Source of the DNA: Candidatus Dojkabacteria bacterium
Lineage (GTDB): Bacteria; Patescibacteriota; Dojkabacteria; B142; OLB20
Assembly: GCA_035444565.1 (NCBI GenBank)
Contig: DAOMOX010000001.1
Span: forward strand, 450,335 to 514,334
Direction of reading: 5' to 3'
Length of the DNA: 64,000 nt
Notes under the pieces: model-generated
Database searches by the model: none
Told to the model about the DNA's origin: nothing
Seen by the model: only the letters and a program-made list of their open reading frames with translations
Program-made: the position numbers and the translations under genes
Shown here: positions 58,512 through 64,000 of the stretch, piece after piece
How positions within the stretch are numbered: position 1 is the first letter of the stretch
Layout of the letters: every line of letters starts with the position of its first letter

Positions 58512-61500
58512 TTAGTCAGGCCACCTACTATACATAATTGTTTCCGCTTCTCCTTCTCTTTTCGGTAAAGACTGCCAGATTTTCTCAGTTAGAAATGGAA
58601 TAAAAGGATGTAACAATTTCAGATATGTTTCTAGAGAATATAGTATCAACCATTGGGCTGTAAATCTTGATTTTGACTCCTCTTCTGATGTGTTGATTGG
58701 GTTTCCTTCACGATCTTTTGTGTAAAGTCTAGTTTTGATTTTTTCCAGATAAATATCAGCGAAATAATGCCAGAATGATTCATAAAGTTCGTCAGCGGCG
58801 ATTCCAAATTTAAATTCGTTCAATCTCCTGGTAGTTTCTTCAATTAGTTTTTCAACATGATCCAACATTTCAGTATCATCTTGTGTGAACTCTAATTCGG
58901 ACCTGTCCGAATTAATCAATTTGTCAGCTTTATCTTCGATGTTAAAGAGTACAAACTTGGATGCATTCCAGATTTTATTGCAGAAGTTGCGGTTAGATGA
59001 TACTTTCTCTTCATAAAGACGATAATTTTGACCGGCTGAGTTACCTTTGACAAAGCTATATCTCAATGCATCTGTTCCATATTTTTGCATCATTTCGAAA
59101 GGATCGATACCATTACCTTTGGATTTGCTCATTTTAATTCCATTCTTATCAAGTACCAACCCATGTAGATACACGTCTTTGAAAGGAACAATTTGCTCGT
59201 CGGAAGTATTAGGGTTTAGCTTCTTCGCTCTATACGGATTGAGTAACATCATTCTGGTCACCCAGAATAATAAAATATCCCATCCAGTTTCCATAACTTG
59301 GGTAGGGTAGAATTGCTCAAAATCACCTTCCTTCACCATCAAAGTTAGATATGGCCATTGTCCAGATGAGAACCATGTATCAAGTACATCTTCGTCTTGA
59401 AGCCATTCTGATTTTATTAAGGAATAATTTCGAAGTTCCAGATTTTTTGGGTCATTTTCTCTAGATTGCTCAGGAGTTAAATTATTTAATTTTCTCTCGA
59501 ATATTCTAATTATGCCTGCATGTGTCACAACCAATGGGTTTTTATAGCCTGAGGTTTTCAACCAAATGATAAACTCTTCAATTCTCTTTTCGACTGCTTC
59601 TATTTTCTCGCCTTTTTCAAGCTCTGGTTGGAAATCCATATTATTTTTTGAAGCCTCTTCAGGATGTTTGTTAGTAAATTCTTCCCAAGTAAGCCCTTCT
59701 AAGTTGCCGAAATTCCTTTCTTTGAGTAAATCGTTCTCGATGATTTTCAATCCCAATTTCTCATTAACAATTTCAGCAGTTTGACGTGCTCTTTTTAATG
59801 GAGAGGTGATAATCACATCATATTTAGAATTGAGTTTTTCAATTGCGTTTTGAGCTTGTTTTTGACCGATGTCATTTAAATCGATATCAGTGAATCCATG
59901 GAATTTACCAAGTTTGTTGTATTCTGTCTCTCCATGTCTCAGGACTGAAATATTGATTTGTCCATTTAGATCAGAGTTTGAGTTGTTAGGATTATCATGT
60001 CCTACATGTATTAATCCCTCATAATCTTCGGGATTATTTATAATTTTGTTTCCAATTTTCTCTTTTACTTCACCTGTTTGGGTGATGTATTGCGTATGTT
60101 CGCCTTTATACCAGACAGGAACTCGATAACCCCACCATAGTTGTCTCGTGATGCACCAATCTTCCTGACTTTCCATCCATTGTAGATATGTTTTCTTTTT
60201 GCCCTCAGGCATGATTTCAGTTAATCCTTCTTCAACTAATCTTTTTGCTTCTCTTTTTAATGGTTCTGTATCCACAAACCATTGATAGGAGATAAGCGGT
60301 TCTATAGGGTGTTTGCATCTCTCACAAATTCTAATTCTGTTTTCATAATTTTCGTCTAAGTATACTAGCATTCCATTTGCTTTCATGTCTTCTAACATCA
60401 CTTTTCGTGCTTCCTTTACATTCATACCTTCATATTTGCCGGCTAGGTGATTCATTTTGCCATTGAAGTCTATGACCTGCTTCTCTGGGAAAGCTTCCTC
60501 TGGATGACGTTTGGCTATATCCCAATCTTCCGGGGAATGTGCGGGAGTGACTTTTACCATGCCAGTTCCGAAATTTTCATCGACAGCGTCATCGGCGATA
60601 ACATTTATTTTGGATGTGCCAAGTAAAGTTTTAACTTCAAATTCTTTTCCAACATACTCTTTAAATCTCTCATCGTCTGGGTCAACTGCAAGTGCTGTGT
60701 CTCCGAACTTGGTCTCCGGCCTGACTGTGCCTAGAACGAAACCATTAGTATAGAATTTGTCGTCAGGGAAGTCTTTGAAGTTTATAAAGTGAATACCCGC
60801 ATCTCTTTTTTTTGATTCAGCAACTTTCCAAAGCTTTGTTAATTCTTGATTTAAATCTCCCTCAAAATCAGGGTTAGAAAGTATTAAGCTGAATTTTTTA
60901 TTTAGCCTCATCATAATTGCATACGGTTTGCCGACTATTACATCTCCTTTAGTTAACTTTTCGTTATCATAACCAATACAATGTACAACCATTTCTCCAG
61001 TTTCAATTTGGTATCCGCCATCAATTGCGCCTATTGCAAATGGATAAATTTCTTTACCGTCCGGGCTTGATGACCTCTCAAAAATCCATTTAACTTCTTC
61101 CATTTGTGAGAAGTCATTTTTAATTCTTATCGCATCTTTTTCGGGATCTACAAATCCGTATTTAAAGTAGAAGAAAGGGGAAACTGAGTCTTTGAACTCC
61201 GTGTCGATATCTGCAAGAGCAGACTGACATCTGGGGCACCAGTTGATTATCCTTTTATCGCGATATACGAGCTTGTCCTCATACATTAACTCGAATGCCT
61301 TTAGAACTTCGTCTACAATCTTGGGTTCTAGAGTAAATAATTCTCTATCGAAATCTGCAGATAAACCAATATTTTTTTCCTGCCTACGAGCATTTTCAGA
61401 GTTTTTGATACAAAAAGCATAACAACGTTTATAGAATTCTTCTCTGCCTAATGCTTTCTTTGATAATCCTTCTTTTTCGAGTTCTTTCTCAAAAACTACT

Positions 61501-61796
61501 TCAGTCAAAATTCCTGCGTGGTCTTTTCCAGGTAGGAGCAAAACCTTTTTTCCCCTCATACGGTTGTATCTACCCATCAAATCTTGATAGGCATATCCAG
61601 ACATATGACCTAGGTGCAGATTCCCATTTGCATTTGGAGGAGGTAGGACAATTGAAAAAGTTTCTCGATCTATGTCGTTGGCGGTCGATAATTTTTTTTC
61701 AGATTTGTATTCGGGCGAATAGAATCTATTCTCAAGCCAAAAAGCTAAAATTTCCTCTTCAGTTGATTGTGGTTGATATGGTCCTTTGGGAAGCAT
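58512..61796 (-). CDS. valS: valyl-tRNA synthetase with two inserted domains and no C-terminal coiled coil
   Basis: PPPN..G.LHLGH, G.DHAG, T.RPET, GTG.VKVTPAH, WCI.RQLWWG, DVLDTWFSS, KMSKS; ends at WP. Confidence 0.95.
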   Translation of the reverse strand: MLPKGPYQPQSTEEEILAFWLENRFYSPEYKSEKKLSTANDIDRETFSIVLPPPNANGNLHLGHMSGYAYQDLMGRYNRMRGKKVLLLPGKDHAGILTEVVFEKELEKEGLSKKALGREEFYKRCYAFCIKNSENARRQEKNIGLSADFDRELFTLEPKIVDEVLKAFELMYEDKLVYRDKRIINWCPRCQSALADIDTEFKDSVSPFFYFKYGFVDPEKDAIRIKNDFSQMEEVKWIFERSSSPDGKEIYPFAIGAIDGGYQIETGEMVVHCIGYDNEKLTKGDVIVGKPYAIMMRLNKKFSLILSNPDFEGDLNQELTKLWKVAESKKRDAGIHFINFKDFPDDKFYTNGFVLGTVRPETKFGDTALAVDPDDERFKEYVGKEFEVKTLLGTSKINVIADDAVDENFGTGMVKVTPAHSPEDWDIAKRHPEEAFPEKQVIDFNGKMNHLAGKYEGMNVKEARKVMLEDMKANGMLVYLDENYENRIRICERCKHPIEPLISYQWFVDTEPLKREAKRLVEEGLTEIMPEGKKKTYLQWMESQEDWCITRQLWWGYRVPVWYKGEHTQYITQTGEVKEKIGNKIINNPEDYEGLIHVGHDNPNNSNSDLNGQINISVLRHGETEYNKLGKFHGFTDIDLNDIGQKQAQNAIEKLNSKYDVIITSPLKRARQTAEIVNEKLGLKIIENDLLKERNFGNLEGLTWEEFTNKHPEEASKNNMDFQPELEKGEKIEAVEKRIEEFIIWLKTSGYKNPLVVTHAGIIRIFERKLNNLTPEQSRENDPKNLELRNYSLIKSEWLQDEDVLDTWFSSGQWPYLTLMVKEGDFEQFYPTQVMETGWDILLFWVTRMMLLNPYRAKKLNPNTSDEQIVPFKDVYLHGLVLDKNGIKMSKSKGNGIDPFEMMQKYGTDALRYSFVKGNSAGQNYRLYEEKVSSNRNFCNKIWNASKFVLFNIEDKADKLINSDRSELEFTQDDTEMLDHVEKLIEETTRRLNEFKFGIAADELYESFWHYFADIYLEKIKTRLYTKDREGNPINTSEEESKSRFTAQWLILYSLETYLKLLHPFIPFLTEKIWQSLPKREGEAETIMYSRWPD

Positions 61797-62635
61797 TATT
61801 GTAATTCGTAAAGCAATGAAATCGCGCCGTATAGACTGGCGTCATCTCCAAACTCTGTAATTTTGAGAGTTGGTTGTGGCAAGTACTCGACATAATTTGC
61901 TAATTCCATTCGTAGTAAATTTAATAAGAATTTTCTGTGCACAATTATACCACCTGAGAAAATAATTACAGGCGGTTTAAAAAGTGTAACAAGGTTATTT
62001 AAACCGATTCCTAGGTATTGTACCATTTCATTCCAAATTGGGTCACTGTCCTCTAGGCTGGCTAGTGAATGTATTCCGGTTTTTTCTTGTATAACAGCTC
62101 CTGTTGCATATGCTCCGAGTAATCCAGGTGTGTGGAAATGATTTCTATGAGTGCCATGTGAGTTTACAATCATATACTCAGGCTCTAATGGTAATTCTAA
62201 AAATTTATCTCCAACTCTGTGAACGTAAGTGGCTCCAAATCCAGTTCCTATGATGCAATATAAATACCTGTTTTCGTTTTTAGCAAGTCCGAAATATCTC
62301 TCGGCTCGTGCAGTTGCTACTGCGTCATTGCGCATAATTACTTTAGTATTGAATTTCTTGGCGATATCCTCTAAAAGTGGTTTGTGATTCCAGTCTGGTA
62401 AATTTGTGAGTAAATCAATTTTTTCGTTGCTGACACTTCCGGGTAGTGCAATAGAAATACCTTCTATCTTTTGCCATTTGCTGAATTTTTCTATTTGGGA
62501 TGTCATTTTTCCGAGTGCCTCATCATAAGACTGGGGCGTGGAAATAGTCTCTTTACCACTAATCGTAGGTTTGTTTAATTTGTCAATTTTTGCGAATGCG
62601 GTTTTTGTTCCGCCTACATCAATTGCTACATACAT
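61796..62635 (-). CDS. ROK family protein (sugar kinase-like)
   Basis: IDVGGTK, PG, NLPDW, NDA...A.AE..FG, IGTGFG. Confidence 0.9.
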   Translation of the reverse strand: MYVAIDVGGTKTAFAKIDKLNKPTISGKETISTPQSYDEALGKMTSQIEKFSKWQKIEGISIALPGSVSNEKIDLLTNLPDWNHKPLLEDIAKKFNTKVIMRNDAVATARAERYFGLAKNENRYLYCIIGTGFGATYVHRVGDKFLELPLEPEYMIVNSHGTHRNHFHTPGLLGAYATGAVIQEKTGIHSLASLEDSDPIWNEMVQYLGIGLNNLVTLFKPPVIIFSGGIIVHRKFLLNLLRMELANYVEYLPQPTLKITEFGDDASLYGAISLLYELQ

Positions 62636-62828
62636 ATCTTTGTCTGTGATTAATACATAATAACCATTGCTGGCTCTGGTGTAAATAGCGCAAAATTGAC
62701 TGCTGAGTCATTGAGAATTTCGTAATTTTAATAAATAGGAATTGTGGATAAAGTCAGATATTTTCCATAGTTCTGATGTATAAATAATTAAAACATACGT
62801 TTATGCTACTGATACCATATCGTTTGCG

Positions 62829-63488
62829 ATGCTAGTTTCTTTGATTGATTTATTATTTCCCAGAATGTGTGTGTTCTGTGATACGCAGAAAACGCTTTTA
62901 TGTGAAGAGTGTAAAAATACTAAACTTGAGTATTACAAAACACATTTTTGTCATGTTTGTCGTAGAAATTTTGAAGATGATTTTGTTCACATAGAATGTC
63001 AGGAAAGAACAAATTTAGACGGGGTAATCGTTGTTGCTCATTACAATAAATTTGCAAAAATCCTCATTGAAGAAATGAAGTATAACCTTTATTTTTCTGT
63101 TTCTGCTGAAATTGGTTATCTTATGAAAATAAAATTAAGCGAATTCAATATTAAATATGATGTTGCCGTTCCGATTCCGCTTCATAGATTTAAAGAAAAT
63201 TATAGAGGTTTCAACCAGGCCGAACTATTATCCAAAGTAATCACATCTAGTGTTGATAATTGTATAAAAAGAACAAAAAATACTAAATCACAGGTAAATT
63301 TAAATAGGAAAGAACGTCTTGCAAATCTAAAAGATGTTTTTCAACTTAAGAAAGAAATCGCATATAAGTCGGTACTTCTTGTAGACGATGTTATGACAAG
63401 TGGTAGTACTCTCGAAGAATGTGCAAGAGTCTTGAAAAAAGCAGGGGTAGAGAAAGTTTATGGGTTGGTTTTCGCGAGGGGTGATTAG
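62829..63488 (+). CDS. comF: ComF family competence protein
   Basis: FPR.C..C zinc finger, PIPLH..RGFNQA, LVDDVMTSG.T. Confidence 0.92.
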   Translation: MLVSLIDLLFPRMCVFCDTQKTLLCEECKNTKLEYYKTHFCHVCRRNFEDDFVHIECQERTNLDGVIVVAHYNKFAKILIEEMKYNLYFSVSAEIGYLMKIKLSEFNIKYDVAVPIPLHRFKENYRGFNQAELLSKVITSSVDNCIKRTKNTKSQVNLNRKERLANLKDVFQLKKEIAYKSVLLVDDVMTSGSTLEECARVLKKAGVEKVYGLVFARGD

Positions 63489-63523
63489 TTCTTCCGAAGT
63501 ATGTTTCTAAACTGCATAAATTT

Positions 63524-63716
63524 CTTTAAGAAATAATATTTGTTATAATTATCTCAAGAAAGTCGGAATCGTTGGGAACCGGCAACTGAGACAGACAGTA
63601 TCTGTCAAAATTGCTAAAATTAAATATTCACCTTGAGTAAAACCACAGGTGGGACCGCATCTTGTTAAGAGGCCCTGTAATTGTTTAAAAACAGTAACAG
63701 GGTCTTTTTTATTTTT
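63524..63716 (+). promoter_or_regulatory. T-box riboswitch (antiterminator/terminator), likely His-specific
   Basis: CAGG-TGGGACC-GCATCTT-GTT-AAGAGGC-CCTG antiterminator overlapping a GGCCCTGT...ACAGGGTC-TTTTTT terminator; AGAAA bulge and GTTGGGA loop resemble the Stem I apex. Confidence 0.72.
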
Positions 63717-63728
63717 TAAGTCAATACA

Positions 63729-64000
63729 ATGGCGACAACAGTCAAAATTATACTAGGAGTGGTTTTCCTGGGTTTTGTCTGTCTGCAGGTGGCATTATTC
63801 TTAGTAAATGAAATTAAATTGCCAAAATTAAATATTAGAAAATTAACCGAAAAGAAGGGAAAAATTAAAATTCTTGCAATCGATCCTCATCCAGATGACG
63901 AAACCATGCTTTCGGGAGGTTTCATTGCAAATTTCTCCAGAAATAAAAAAGTGGAATTAAAGCATATTTGCGTTACCAAAGGTGAAAAGGGTGACGAGAT
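63729..64000 (+). CDS. PIG-L family deacetylase, N-terminal part (truncated by window edge)
   Basis: TM helix then ILAIDPHPDDET..SGG...VTKGEKG. Confidence 0.85.
   Translation, partial: MATTVKIILGVVFLGFVCLQVALFLVNEIKLPKLNIRKLTEKKGKIKILAIDPHPDDETMLSGGFIANFSRNKKVELKHICVTKGEKGDE

Noticed and set aside
63550-63600. c-di-AMP (ydaO) or other metabolite riboswitch
   Set aside because: Core motifs are missing; T-box antiterminator geometry fits better.
1-64000. Genome-wide stop-codon reassignment (e.g. code 25)
   Set aside because: TGA, TAG and TAA all end conserved genes at expected positions (comF TGA-region end, copA TAG, csoR TAA), and long genes are uninterrupted under code 11.

Overview
AT-rich bacterial chromosome segment. 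Gene content and style suggest Patescibacteria/CPR, possibly Dojkabacteria or Microgenomates-like (inference): many small single-pass surface proteins, few clear Shine-Dalgarno sites, pilN/pilO, comF, and an aminoacyl-tRNA synthetase with inserted domains. Recognisable content includes a csoR-copA copper operon with its operator, an OmpR-type two-component system, a cobalamin riboswitch with a B12-uptake gene pair, LCP, a DEDDh exonuclease, four NUDIX hydrolases, an ECF sigma/anti-sigma pair, heliorhodopsin, endonuclease IV, metG-tatD, valS, ROK and comF. Most unusual features: (1) a tRNA-Ser(GCT) locus in which small GIY-YIG nuclease genes read into the tRNA, are tandemly duplicated (314 bp) and alternate with hairpin-interrupted tRNA 5' halves; (2) CGTC-type REP doublets at three loci, with a 22-bp mini-palindrome inserted in their hairpin loops; (3) a naturally circularly permuted DsbA; (4) ValRS with both a histidine-phosphatase insert and a degenerate pyrophosphatase-like insert; (5) a probable His-type T-box upstream of a PIG-L deacetylase; (6) a tandem pair of orphan cytoplasmic gluzincin-motif proteins. 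Several genes carry homopolymer frameshifts or in-frame stops, which could be pseudogenes or assembly errors. All calls are by eye; no searches were run.
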